Position numbers and translations under genes: made by a program
Shown here: positions 32,473-42,472 of the stretch, in pieces
How positions within the stretch are numbered: position 1 is the stretch's first letter
How the letters are laid out: every line of letters starts with the position of its first letter
Notes under the pieces: model-generated
Databases searched by the model: none
What the model was told of the DNA's origin: nothing
What the model saw: the letters and a program-made list of their open reading frames with translations, nothing else
From: Thecamonas trahens ATCC 50062
Lineage: Eukaryota; Protista; Apusomonadida
Reading direction: 5' to 3'
DNA length: 64,000 nt
NCBI RefSeq assembly: GCF_000142905.1
Contig: NW_013657665.1
Coordinates: forward strand, 459,084 to 523,083

Positions 32473-32475
32473 GCC

Positions 32476-34389
32476 ATGCGGTTGCTTAGGTCGTCGTCAT
32501 ACACGTTTGCATCTGGGACTGTGTCGTCATCGGCGGCGTCGTCTTCGTCTGCCGAGGGCAAGTCTGCGCCGGACGGACTCGTCCTCGACCGGGATGCGCT
32601 CTCGCCTGAGCTGCAGGTGATTCTGGACAAGGTGGATCGCGATGGTGATGGTGATGTGGACGTCAACGAGCTGCTTATGGCGTTCCAGGAGCTGCATCAC
32701 ACCAAGCAGTCGAACAAGCGTCTCGTGCGCATTCTCGCCATCGGTGCGGTGCTGTTCACGCTCACACTCGGAGTCATTTTCGCGCTCTCTGTGGCGGCGG
32801 CCGAGCTGGCCAAGGACACCAGCGTCAACTCTTCGGGCAACTCGCCGTCGGTGATGCGGACCAAGTCTGGCGGTGGCGAGTACGCGTCGACGGTGCGGAC
32901 GGCAAGCGTGACGCCGGCCGTCTCGGTCGGCGATGGTGAGGATCCGCCGGATCACACCGCAAGCGCACGTGCTCTGCGCGCGCGGTCGGCCGAGGGCATT
33001 GCTATCCGAGCCGCCGGCGGATTGGACAAGGCCGATCTCGACAACATGTGCGAGGCGGCCGAGACCGACACGTCGGACGAGTACTCGTACGACACTAGCC
33101 TCATCTTCGCGCGGGTTGACGCTGTGACGCAGATGCGGAACAACCCGACGGCGCCGTTTGCGCTTTCTCTTCCGTCGGCCGCCGGCGACGCCATCGTCGA
33201 GTTCAAGGTTGTCGGCATGGCGACGTTTGCCAACATCACCGTGCCCGGCGTTGACGCCCAGGTCGAGCTCGAGGTCACCGACCTCGGACTCAAGTCGGAT
33301 CCGGATGCTGTTGCCCGCCTCTGCTGCGACGCTGTCAACTGCGCGTACGCCATCGGCTCGCCGCAGGACAGCCTCATCAACGAGAACTTTGTCAACGGCA
33401 CTGCAGTCGCCGAGCCGACGCCTGAGGACACCGAAACGACCTCGTCCCGGTTCATCCTCAACCGCTTTGCCTCGTACGTCCCCATCGGCACTGAGCACGA
33501 GGCTCTCGCGGACCGCGACCTTTCGACCCGCGCCGCGCTCTCGGCTTCGCTCCTCGCGTTCCTGCGCGACGAGTGCGAGGGCTCGCAGTGCCATGTCCAG
33601 GGCCGCATGGAGGCCAACAACGTGCTCGACGACACCGGCGCATTTGTGACGGCCAAGAAGTTCTCGGCGATCGCCACTGGCACGACGATGGAGATTCCCG
33701 AGGGCACCCAGCTCGTCTGCCCGCACACCGACGTGGTTGACCAGGCTGGCACCGCCCTTGGGCGGCTCAACGATGGCCTTGCCACCAAGCTCCGCGACTC
33801 GATCAAGCGGTTTGCGAGCGTGTACCGGACCGCTGGCAACACGGCAAAGGCCGACGAGTACGATGCGCTTGCCGATACGGTCCACGGCTACATGGAGACT
33901 GCACTGACGAGCTCGAAGATTGTGTGCGAGGGCGCCAACACGGTCATCGCCGGCAAGACCTTTACCGGCATGGACCTCATGATCTTTGGCGAGACCGAGG
34001 ACGAGACCGCTGTCTTTACGCCTGCGACGTACGGCGACACGACGCCGATCACGTTCTGCACCTGTGCCCTGGTTGATGGTGAGGATGACGGTGAGCCCGA
34101 AGAGGAGGACGATGGGACGACGGCGCGCGGGCTTGTGGAGACCCGCCGGAGCCGGTTCCGCCGTCGCCGTCGCTTCCGCCGCCGCCGCCGTCGCCTCCGC
34201 CGCAAGCGCCGCCGTCGCCGTCGCACTCGTCGCACCCGCCGCCGCCGTCGCCGTCGCCGCCTCCGCCCCCGCCGCAGGTACCGTCGCAGGTACCGTCGCT
34301 TCCGTCGCCGCATCCGTCGCCGCTCGCCGCCGCCTCCCCCACGCAAGCCGCGCAAGCCGTCGCCGTCGTCGTCATGCTGCTGCAAGTAA
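32476..34389 (+). CDS. EF-hand + single-TM protein with acidic Cys-containing domain and protamine-like Arg-rich tail
   Basis: DRDGDGDVDVNE EF loop; TM ILAIGAVLFTLTLGVIFALSVAAA followed by ELAKDTSV; Arg tract 34144-34323; ends SSSCCCK. Confidence 0.8.
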   Translation: MRLLRSSSYTFASGTVSSSAASSSSAEGKSAPDGLVLDRDALSPELQVILDKVDRDGDGDVDVNELLMAFQELHHTKQSNKRLVRILAIGAVLFTLTLGVIFALSVAAAELAKDTSVNSSGNSPSVMRTKSGGGEYASTVRTASVTPAVSVGDGEDPPDHTASARALRARSAEGIAIRAAGGLDKADLDNMCEAAETDTSDEYSYDTSLIFARVDAVTQMRNNPTAPFALSLPSAAGDAIVEFKVVGMATFANITVPGVDAQVELEVTDLGLKSDPDAVARLCCDAVNCAYAIGSPQDSLINENFVNGTAVAEPTPEDTETTSSRFILNRFASYVPIGTEHEALADRDLSTRAALSASLLAFLRDECEGSQCHVQGRMEANNVLDDTGAFVTAKKFSAIATGTTMEIPEGTQLVCPHTDVVDQAGTALGRLNDGLATKLRDSIKRFASVYRTAGNTAKADEYDALADTVHGYMETALTSSKIVCEGANTVIAGKTFTGMDLMIFGETEDETAVFTPATYGDTTPITFCTCALVDGEDDGEPEEEDDGTTARGLVETRRSRFRRRRRFRRRRRRLRRKRRRRRRTRRTRRRRRRRRLRPRRRYRRRYRRFRRRIRRRSPPPPPRKPRKPSPSSSCCCK

Positions 34390-34693
34390 CTGTCGTCACT
34401 ACGACCCCAGCCACAACGCAATGTAGCCTGCCCCGGACCCACCAACTGTGTGGGCACTGGGCGGGATGCATTGGTTTCACTTTATCTTCCCTCCCTGCTT
34501 GCGCATGTAAACATTTTGAGCAGAGTACATCACCGTTGCAAGAAATCGCCGACCCAACCCCCAGCCTCCGTACCCCGACCCACCTCACACCCCACCCACC
34601 AACCCCGCACACACACACACACACACACACTCCCCCCGCACATTCACACGCACCAACCCCTCCCCTCCCCCCCCCTCCCCTCCCGCACGCATC

Positions 34694-37411
34694 ATGGACA
34701 CCGAGACGTACTGCGCCCGGTGCGGGCTCGAGTTTGGGCTAGAGGAGCTGCTGGCGACACACGTCGAGCAGCGTGGACACTCGGCAAGTATCTCGCCCGC
34801 CGAGGAGGCGTACACCGTCCGCCCGGCCTCGGTCACCTGCCTCGTGTGCTCGATCACCATCCCCGCTGCTGAACATGCCGCCCATGTTCGCGGCGTCAAC
34901 CACATTGCCCGCCTTCCGCTCCGCGAGTCGTCGCCGGGTCTCGACTCGGACGGCTCGCTGCTCTCGTCGCCGTCGGCGTCGTTCTCTGCCTCGCCCTCGC
35001 CCTCGCCCTCGCCACGTCGCCCGCAACATGCTCACTCAGCGTCGCCTTCTGTCTCGCCCTCGCCCTCGCCCTCGCCGGTCCGCCGCGTCTCGTTTGCCGA
35101 GACCACGCTCGACCTCACCGCCGACCACACCCCGCAGCCGTCGCCGCTCGCCACCGCCACCTTTTGCGGCATCTGCCGCATGGAGTTTGGCCTGCCCGAG
35201 CTGCTCGAGGCTCACAACGCTGCCGGTGAGCACTCGGATGAGGTCATGGTCCGAGAGGCCGCCGCCAACCACGACGGCCGCCAGACCGCACTCTGCCTCG
35301 TCTGTGACCAGGTTGTCGAGTCGTCGCGCCTCCTCGCCCACCGGCTCTCTGTTGGCCACCGCGACGGCCTCGCGCGCCTGCAGGACGAGCACGTCATCGA
35401 TATTTCTTTCCACGAATCAGAGGACGACCCGTCGCTCCTCCTCGAGTCAGACGACGACGATGGCGACGATGACGGCGATGGCGACAGCGCCACCGCCCAT
35501 GCTGCTGCCCATGCTGCTGCCGCCGCCGCTGCCACTTCACTCGACGACTCGCTCGAGGAGCAGCGTCGCCAGCGCGAGGCCCTTCAGGCAATTCTGGCGC
35601 AGACGGCCGAGGCTGAGGCTACAGCCAAGGCGCAGCGCAAGGCTGAGGCCGAAGCCGAGGCCGAGGCCCAGCGTAAGGCAAAGGCCGAGGCCGAAGCCGA
35701 GGCCGAGGCCCAGCGTAAGGCAAAGGCCGAGGCCGAAGCCCAGCGCAGAGCCGAGGCTGCGGCCAAGCGCGAGGCTGACCGCAAGCGCCAGGCCGAGGCC
35801 GCTGCCAAGCGCCAGGCCGAGGCTGCGGCCAAGCGCGAGGCCGATGCCGCCAAGCGCCAGGCTGAAGCCGCCGCCAAGCGCGAGGCTGACCGCAAGCGTC
35901 AGGCCGAGGCCGCTGCCAAGCGCCAGGCCGAAGCTGACAAGGCCGAAGAAGAGGTCGAGGTTATCGCGCCCGATGCTCCCGACGCGTCCAACTCCTCCAA
36001 CGCTCTGGACACTCCCGGCACTCCTGGTGCCTCTGCCACGGACACCAACACGTCCATGGCCGAGCCAGCAGACGACGAGTCGGAGGCCAACACTTCGGCC
36101 ATGTCTGCGGCGGCGTCTTACCACTCGCCAGCTCGGGCCAGCCCCTCCCGGTCGCGGAACATGACCCCGGTCATGCCGACCGAGACGCTCGCTGGACCGC
36201 CAGTCTATGAGTCGCCACTGATGCGAGCACGCGCCAAGCGCGAGGCTGCCAAGCGTGCGCGCAACTCGATGTCCGCCATTGCGGCCGCTGGCGGCAGCAC
36301 GGCGCCGAGCCCGGCTACCAAGGCTGCGCGCGCCGAGACTGAGGCTGTGCGTGCGGTGATCGAGGCGGCGCGAAAGGCGGCGGCAGCGGCGCGCGAGGCC
36401 GGGTATGAGCCGCCCAAGGGTGAGCATGCCACCATTGTGGCGCTTGGCGAGAGCGAGACTGGCCGCAATAGCGGCATTGTCCTCAACTCGGCCGCACGCG
36501 GCGTGCTCAACGCTGTCCGCGTCAACAAGCCGGGTGTGACCAAGCGTGCGGCCGAGCTCTGCAAGCGCCGCTCCATCAAGACGGCGGCCCAGCTCGGGTG
36601 GCTGACCCGCGCCGTCACGCTTTGCGAGCTCACTACTCTCGCGGGCGACGACACCGATGAGCGGGTGCGCCGGCTGGCGGCCAAGGCGGCGTCGCCAGTC
36701 CGCTGCGACCTCCTCGCCGCGGTTGGCCTCGACGCCTCAAACGTCACCGCTGCCGCCGTCTGCGTCTACGTCAACCGCGTGCCGCAAGTGCTCAGGTCCG
36801 CGGGCCAGGCTGGCGTTGCCGTCGCCGCCGCCGCCGGTGGCTTCCCGGCTGCGCTCACAGACATGGACTCGCGGCTCGGCGAGGTGGCCGCCGCAGTCGC
36901 TCACGGCGCCACCGAGATCGACGTCGTCGTCGCCCGCGCCCACATCATCGCCCACGCCTGGGACGCGCTCTATGAGGAGCTGCGCACTTTTGTGGCGGCG
37001 GCCGGGCCGGACGTCCGAGTCAAGGCTGTCCTCGCCATCCATCAGCTTCCCACGCTCCGTGACGTGTACAAGGCCACGCTCGTGGCTGCGTTTGCCGGCG
37101 TCGACATGGTGTGCTCGACCCCAACTGCCACCGCCACGCCCATGCCTGTCGGACTCACCATGCTCCGCGCCCTTCGCGAGTACCACGAGATTTCCGGCTT
37201 TACTGTAGGCCTCAAGATCGGTGGCGGCATCGCCGCACCCAAGGCCGCCCTCCAGTGGATGGCCATGGTCGTCGAGGAGATGGGCTTTGCCTGGCTCGCC
37301 GCCAACTTCCGCATCGGCGCCACGCCCGGTCTGCTTGTTGATATCGAGCGCCAGATCGAGCACGGCGTGACCCGCAACTACGCCGCCTCGCACTACATGG
37401 CGCTGCCGTAA
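34694..37411 (+). CDS. Four C2H2 zinc fingers + coiled coil + deoxyribose-phosphate aldolase (DERA)-like domain, predicted inactive
   Basis: Four CxxC...Hx5H fingers; LTTLAGDDT, AAVCVY, GFPAA, GATEIDVV, LKIGGGI, FRIGA, DIERQI; canonical DFIKTSTGK reads DMVCSTPT. Confidence 0.88.
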   Translation: MDTETYCARCGLEFGLEELLATHVEQRGHSASISPAEEAYTVRPASVTCLVCSITIPAAEHAAHVRGVNHIARLPLRESSPGLDSDGSLLSSPSASFSASPSPSPSPRRPQHAHSASPSVSPSPSPSPVRRVSFAETTLDLTADHTPQPSPLATATFCGICRMEFGLPELLEAHNAAGEHSDEVMVREAAANHDGRQTALCLVCDQVVESSRLLAHRLSVGHRDGLARLQDEHVIDISFHESEDDPSLLLESDDDDGDDDGDGDSATAHAAAHAAAAAAATSLDDSLEEQRRQREALQAILAQTAEAEATAKAQRKAEAEAEAEAQRKAKAEAEAEAEAQRKAKAEAEAQRRAEAAAKREADRKRQAEAAAKRQAEAAAKREADAAKRQAEAAAKREADRKRQAEAAAKRQAEADKAEEEVEVIAPDAPDASNSSNALDTPGTPGASATDTNTSMAEPADDESEANTSAMSAAASYHSPARASPSRSRNMTPVMPTETLAGPPVYESPLMRARAKREAAKRARNSMSAIAAAGGSTAPSPATKAARAETEAVRAVIEAARKAAAAAREAGYEPPKGEHATIVALGESETGRNSGIVLNSAARGVLNAVRVNKPGVTKRAAELCKRRSIKTAAQLGWLTRAVTLCELTTLAGDDTDERVRRLAAKAASPVRCDLLAAVGLDASNVTAAAVCVYVNRVPQVLRSAGQAGVAVAAAAGGFPAALTDMDSRLGEVAAAVAHGATEIDVVVARAHIIAHAWDALYEELRTFVAAAGPDVRVKAVLAIHQLPTLRDVYKATLVAAFAGVDMVCSTPTATATPMPVGLTMLRALREYHEISGFTVGLKIGGGIAAPKAALQWMAMVVEEMGFAWLAANFRIGATPGLLVDIERQIEHGVTRNYAASHYMALP

Positions 37412-37431
37412 GCGGTTCGTCCGCGCACGCC

Positions 37432-38364
37432 TCAGCCCGCTGCGTTGTGCTTGGCCTTAAACTCCATCGGCGAGACGTACGCCGCACCCAGCCGCCACAT
37501 GCCGCGCTTGCGCTTGCGCGCAGTGTCGCGCGCAGACTCCAACGCCTCCAGCTGGCCGTCGTGCTCGGCCCCGCCCGAGGTGTAGACGTCGGCAAAGCCG
37601 GCGTCGACGAGTGCCATCGACACATCGCTCCACCACGCAAACGGGAAGAGCGCCGGGAGCGGAACCGGGCTCGCCCTGCTCAGCCGGTCCACCTTGACCG
37701 ACGCCACGGCACGGCCGTACTGGTCGCGCTTCAGTAGCTTGACCTTGACCGCCTTGCCCAACGCATACGCCTCCAGCCATGCCCGCGCCTCCTCGGCGTA
37801 CGGCTGGCCTGGTCGGCCAAAGTGTGGCGCCTCGGGCGCATCGATGCCGGCCAGGCGGATGTGGACGGTAGTCGCCCCGAGCTTGCGCGTCAGATCAGGC
37901 GTCCAGCCCGAGGTCAGCCACCGAAGCAGCGGCGGCTGGTGGTAAATCCGCAGGTTGTCGCCGTCAGCCACACCCACAACCCGCCCGCGGATGACCCGGT
38001 TCCGTGAAAACGCCCGCTCCGGCAGCGATCCGGCCGTCGGATAGCGCCGGACGAGCCGGGTGGCAAGGACCGCCAAGCCTGCAGCCGCCAGCGCCAGCAC
38101 AGCCGCCGCTCCCGCATCTAACATAACGCTCCCGCCTTCGACGGTACCCGCCTGTGCGGCCAGAGCGTCGGCACTCTGCACCACCGGCCGTGGCAGCCTG
38201 GCCAGGCCGTACGCCGTCGAGCGCGCCAAGTCGCGGAGCCAAGTTGGGAGTGGCGCGTCGCGGGTGACAGCCACAGCATGCGCCGCACGCGCCGCCTTGC
38301 GGATCCCTTCTGCACAGGCGTGGGTTGTAGCCAGAAAGAGCGTCGGAGATGGCGCCTGTGCCAT
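37432..38364 (-). CDS. LCL3-like staphylococcal nuclease (thermonuclease) homologue with N-terminal TM segment
   Basis: GRVVGVADGDNLR, IRLAGIDAPEAPHFG...QP, DQYGRAVA, GMW...SPMEFK; start codon approximate. Confidence 0.88.
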   Translation of the reverse strand: MAQAPSPTLFLATTHACAEGIRKAARAAHAVAVTRDAPLPTWLRDLARSTAYGLARLPRPVVQSADALAAQAGTVEGGSVMLDAGAAAVLALAAAGLAVLATRLVRRYPTAGSLPERAFSRNRVIRGRVVGVADGDNLRIYHQPPLLRWLTSGWTPDLTRKLGATTVHIRLAGIDAPEAPHFGRPGQPYAEEARAWLEAYALGKAVKVKLLKRDQYGRAVASVKVDRLSRASPVPLPALFPFAWWSDVSMALVDAGFADVYTSGGAEHDGQLEALESARDTARKRKRGMWRLGAAYVSPMEFKAKHNAAG

Positions 38365-38788
38365 CCCCCTATCCTCCCGTGCAAAGTTGAAGCCCGGTCG
38401 GTGTCCGGGAGAAGTGGGCGAGAGTGGGCGAGTTCCCCAACCGAAGGCCGAGTTCCACAACCACACAAAGATCTCCTGGGAACGGAGGGGGGGGGATGGT
38501 GGTTGGGTGTATTTGTTTGTGAGAAGGGGAAGACCTGGAAGGGAGGGGGTAGAGGTTGGAGGGGGGGGGAGGGGGGGGGGGGGGATGACTTGAGGATCGA
38601 TGTCGAAGGTGTCTGGGTAGTGGTGGTGGCGCGGTAGTGGACGCGAGGGGGCAGCGGCGGAACAGCGGCGCGACAACAGTGACAAAGTCAGGAGCAGACG
38701 ACAACGGGCGGCAACAGACGAGGCCGCCGCCGCAGATCATGCTCGGACATGGCATGAAGGGCGAGAGGCTGTCGAGAGGCGGAGATGA

Positions 38789-39401
38789 CTAGCCAAAGAC
38801 CGCGCGGTGCTTGAGGGTGTGGCCGACCACCTTGCTGTACAGCTCGAGGTTGAAGCTGTCGCCAAACGGAATGACCTTGGCCTCGCGGATGGAGAGCTCG
38901 GGCGAGACATGCCCGATGACCTCCACAAACTTGGTCGAGTACAGCATCGGCTGAAATGGAGGGGATGGGGGTGAGTGAATGGTTGTGTGCCCTCGGCCGG
39001 TCGTCAATGCTCTACTCTCGGCCCTAAAAAGGTCGTGGAATGCAGGAATCTACGTCGCCACTATCCGCCACCTTGCCCCCTGCCCAAGCGCCGCCGACCA
39101 CCTGTCAGAAGTGGTGGGAGAGGTAGGCGCAAGGTAGAAGGGAGGGGGGTACATGCTCTGGCGGTAGGGGGGGGGGGGGGGGGGGGGGAGGGAGGGGGGG
39201 GGGAGGAAACGGGGCACATACGTCCTGCGACTGGACGGTCACCGTATGGCCGTCACACGTCCGAAGCGAAACAGCACCCGTCTTGTCGACAACCTCGCCG
39301 ACAACACGGACAAGCGAGCCCACAAAGGCCGAGAGCGAAGCGCCGTTGATCCGCGGAGTTGCAACGCCTGTTGGTGCAGCAGCAGTCGTCGTGGTCGCCA
39401 T
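38789..39401 (-). CDS. RPA3: Replication protein A 14-kDa subunit; intron 38951-39221
   Basis: TPRINGASLSAFVGSLVRVVGEV...DGHTVTV joined in phase 0 to KFVEVIG...FGDSFNLELY. Confidence 0.9.
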
Positions 39402-39589
39402 CTGGGTCAAGTAGAGGGAGAAGAGTGGGGGAGAAGTGGTCGTCCCCCCACACCCGACGCGCCGTCGCGCGTCGCCCGTCGCCCCAACTCGGCTCGGCTT
39501 GGCTCCACCGCCTGGCCATGGTGTCGTGAGCACGATCGTGATCACCCCACCCCCCACCCCCCCCCCCCCTCCCGTCCCACCTACCACAC

Positions 39590-41197
39590 ATGCTGGGTGG
39601 TCGAGAAGGCGAGTCTCTCCGCGGACGACGGGCGCTTGCCACCGGGGGAGCGGTGGCGCTGGCTGCCGTTGCGGCGGTTGTCTGTGCCGGCCTGCTCAAC
39701 CGCGCCCGTGGTGGGTGGTACCCGTGCTCCGGCCCGACGGGCAGCCGCCATGCCACGACCGCCGGAGGCGATTCCCAGACGCGAACGCGGGTAGTGGCCG
39801 ACGCGCACGCTTGGTGGCGGTGGCTGGTGGGAGCATACACCGGCATCATTGGAGCAGCCGCAGCCGAGCCGACGCTGTCGTGGGAAGCCGCCAAGAAGCG
39901 TGCCATCTTTGGCCTCGTCCTTGGCGGCTACACCGCTGTGGCATTGTACCCTGACTGGAACACGTACATGGGCATGGGCTCGGCGCCGGTGTCGTACAGC
40001 CCGGCGGTTGTCCGCCATGGTGTCTTTGACTGGCTGGTGGGCTATCCAGAGCCCGGGTGGTCGTTTTGGGCGCGGTACTACCGCGATCTGGTCGGCATGT
40101 CGCTGCGCGGGCTGATGATGACCGGGCCGGCCGGCCTCGTCATGTACTTTCATGGCTACGGGTGGGAGTTTCTGGCCTCGGGCGTTTTTATGGGCACAGC
40201 TTACGAGTTTGCCAAGGGCTCGTCGGCCGGCCCGTGTGCGCCGATGGCGCCTGGTCCGCCGTTTGGCGAAATGCTCTGGGGCTGCATCCACGTCGGCGTC
40301 CTCCTCTTTGCCACGCTCAACTTTTGGCGGCGCGGCGGTGCCCGTCGCCTTGATCCGTACCTTCGTCCCGGTGAGTACTGGCTTGTCTGTGCAGCCGGCT
40401 TTGTCCTCAGCCTCGTCTTTACGATCTCCGGCATTTGGTTTGCCGCCGCCGTCCCCGCCGACGATCGCGAGGATGCGTCTGGGGCGCGGTCGACCTACGC
40501 TGGCACCGTGTTTGGCACGCTAGCCATTGCGGCTGGCTCTGCAGCGGGCCTCGCGGCATGGTTCCTGCATCGGGCAGCGGTATGCACCTGGGTCTACCCG
40601 AACCCGCCCACGTCCGAGCAGCTGCTGAGGCTGCGGGCGGATCAGGCGCGGGTGGCGCTCTCGCCGAGCTCGATCAACGGCTCGGCGCTCGGCACCACGC
40701 CCACCGCCGCCGCTGCTGCTGCTGCGCTCTCGGGCCACATCGGCGTTGACGACTCGTTTGTCCGCGAGCGCGACCTGTTCGGCTCGGTCGACATCTCCGA
40801 GTCCGAGTACCACGACGACCTCCTCCACGGCTCGCCGTACGACTCGTTGACTTCAGTCAAGTCGGAGCTCGAGTCGCCGCTGTTGGTCGGCCCATACGCC
40901 ACGCTCATTTCGTCATCGACGGCCGGTACCGCCGCCGTGGCGCAAACCGGCGTCAACTCGGGTGGCGAGTACCGGCTCCGGGCCGGCTCGCTTGTCTCGC
41001 GGCGGCAGGCCGATGGTGCTGGTCTTCGTCTTGGATATGCAGTCCCAACCGTCTGGGATGAGGTCGGTCTGCCGGACTTATGTCGGCTCGTGGGCTGGCG
41101 CTATCTTACAGTCACCCTTCGCTCGCTCATCGGCCTCAACTGGCTCTACCTTGGCGTCGGCCTCGCCGTTGTCCTCAGCGGCAGTGGGCGGTCGTGA
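39590..41197 (+). CDS. Uncharacterised multi-pass membrane protein
   Basis: 535-codon ORF with about 8-9 hydrophobic segments, LLNRARGG motif and Ser-rich loop. Confidence 0.7.
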   Translation: MLGGREGESLRGRRALATGGAVALAAVAAVVCAGLLNRARGGWYPCSGPTGSRHATTAGGDSQTRTRVVADAHAWWRWLVGAYTGIIGAAAAEPTLSWEAAKKRAIFGLVLGGYTAVALYPDWNTYMGMGSAPVSYSPAVVRHGVFDWLVGYPEPGWSFWARYYRDLVGMSLRGLMMTGPAGLVMYFHGYGWEFLASGVFMGTAYEFAKGSSAGPCAPMAPGPPFGEMLWGCIHVGVLLFATLNFWRRGGARRLDPYLRPGEYWLVCAAGFVLSLVFTISGIWFAAAVPADDREDASGARSTYAGTVFGTLAIAAGSAAGLAAWFLHRAAVCTWVYPNPPTSEQLLRLRADQARVALSPSSINGSALGTTPTAAAAAAALSGHIGVDDSFVRERDLFGSVDISESEYHDDLLHGSPYDSLTSVKSELESPLLVGPYATLISSSTAGTAAVAQTGVNSGGEYRLRAGSLVSRRQADGAGLRLGYAVPTVWDEVGLPDLCRLVGWRYLTVTLRSLIGLNWLYLGVGLAVVLSGSGRS

Positions 41198-41224
41198 CGC
41201 TCTGCCGTGCGTGCAGCCGTCCGT

Positions 41225-42393
41225 TTACGCTTTCCCCCTTAGTGAACGCATGGCCCGCATCGCAAGTTCGTACGCGCAGAAGCAGGCGGCGTCGGCGACG
41301 GCACCCCGCGCCATGCACGGGCCGAGACCGCGGTAGAAAGCGGCGAGGCCGCCGTCGGCGTAGATGGCGCGCATGATCGCGCCCGGCGAGCTCCGCACGC
41401 CCGGTGCAACTTGCGTCTGCAGCCGCGCCGCCACAGTATCAAAGGGAAACATGATGCCCCACGCTGACATGCCCGCCATAGCGCCGGCTGCCAGTGTCGC
41501 CGGCGTCGACGGCGCCTCGGGATCCGAGTTGAGCAGCCGCCTGTAGACATCATACGAACCATACCACACGCCGCATGCTGGGACAAAGAACGAGAGGACA
41601 ACTGGGAAGCCGCGGTAGAGGCCGCCCACGCCCTCAGCTTTGACAATCTGCCGCGCACAGTCGATCATGCCCGAGTACTGTGCCGCGCCACCCGGCGCCG
41701 CCGTCTGCACCTGCAGCCGCTTCTTGACCAGCTCCATCGGACCCCAGACAAATGACTGGCAGAGGCCCGAGAACGCGCCCGAGAGAAACAGCCCAGCATG
41801 GGTCAGCTGCGGCGTGGCGTCGTCGTCGCCATCGCTGGCGTCGTCGCCGCCGACCGTCATGCCCCAACTGATGGCGCGGTCTTGCGCCCAGCCCCAGGTG
41901 GCAAACGAGATGGCGTAGATGGGCGGCGTCGCCGTCAGCGGCGAGCCGACGCCCTTGTACAGTGCACGCAGGCCTTCTTGCCTCACAGTCGCTCTCAGCG
42001 TGCCCAGGACCGAGCTCGATGCGCCAGCGGCGCCATCGCCTGCGTACGTGCCGACCTGAAGTCGAGTCTTGATGGTGTCGATGGGGTGTCCGCACACAAC
42101 CACTGCCAGTCCGCCCACAATCCCTGCCACAAACTGAGCATGAGAGCGAGTGAGTGTAGAAAAGGGGAGGATGATGGGGTGGTGGGGGGATGCGGGGGAG
42201 GGGGGGAGGGGGGGGAGTGGAGGGGGATCCCCCTCTTGCGCCCCCCCCCCCCCCACACACACACACACACCAAACACCCTTCCCACCTTCCCCACCCTCC
42301 CACGCCAAAGCCACACTCTGGTCGACTTCACTCATGTCCTGGTTGTACCTTTAGTCCAGCCTCAGACTGGCTGCCTCCACTGCCTCCGCCCAT
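41225..42393 (-). CDS. Mitochondrial carrier (SLC25), carnitine/acylcarnitine or basic amino-acid carrier-like; intron 42134-42348
   Basis: Signatures PIDTIKTRLQ, PMELVKKRLQ and degenerate PFDTVAARLQ; LYKGVGSPL; exon 1 MGGGSGGSQSEAGLK joins FVAGIVGG. Confidence 0.9.
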
Positions 42394-42472
42394 GGCTGCA
42401 GATGGTCCGTGCGTCGAGTGGCACTGGCACTGGCACTGGCACTGGCACCGGACCAGCACCGCGGCACAGGCA

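Noticed and set aside
33986-34426. Ala-rich or Pro-rich alternative frames for the polyarginine tail
   Set aside because: Variation is synonymous in the Arg frame (CGC/CGT), which is continuous with the upstream ORF
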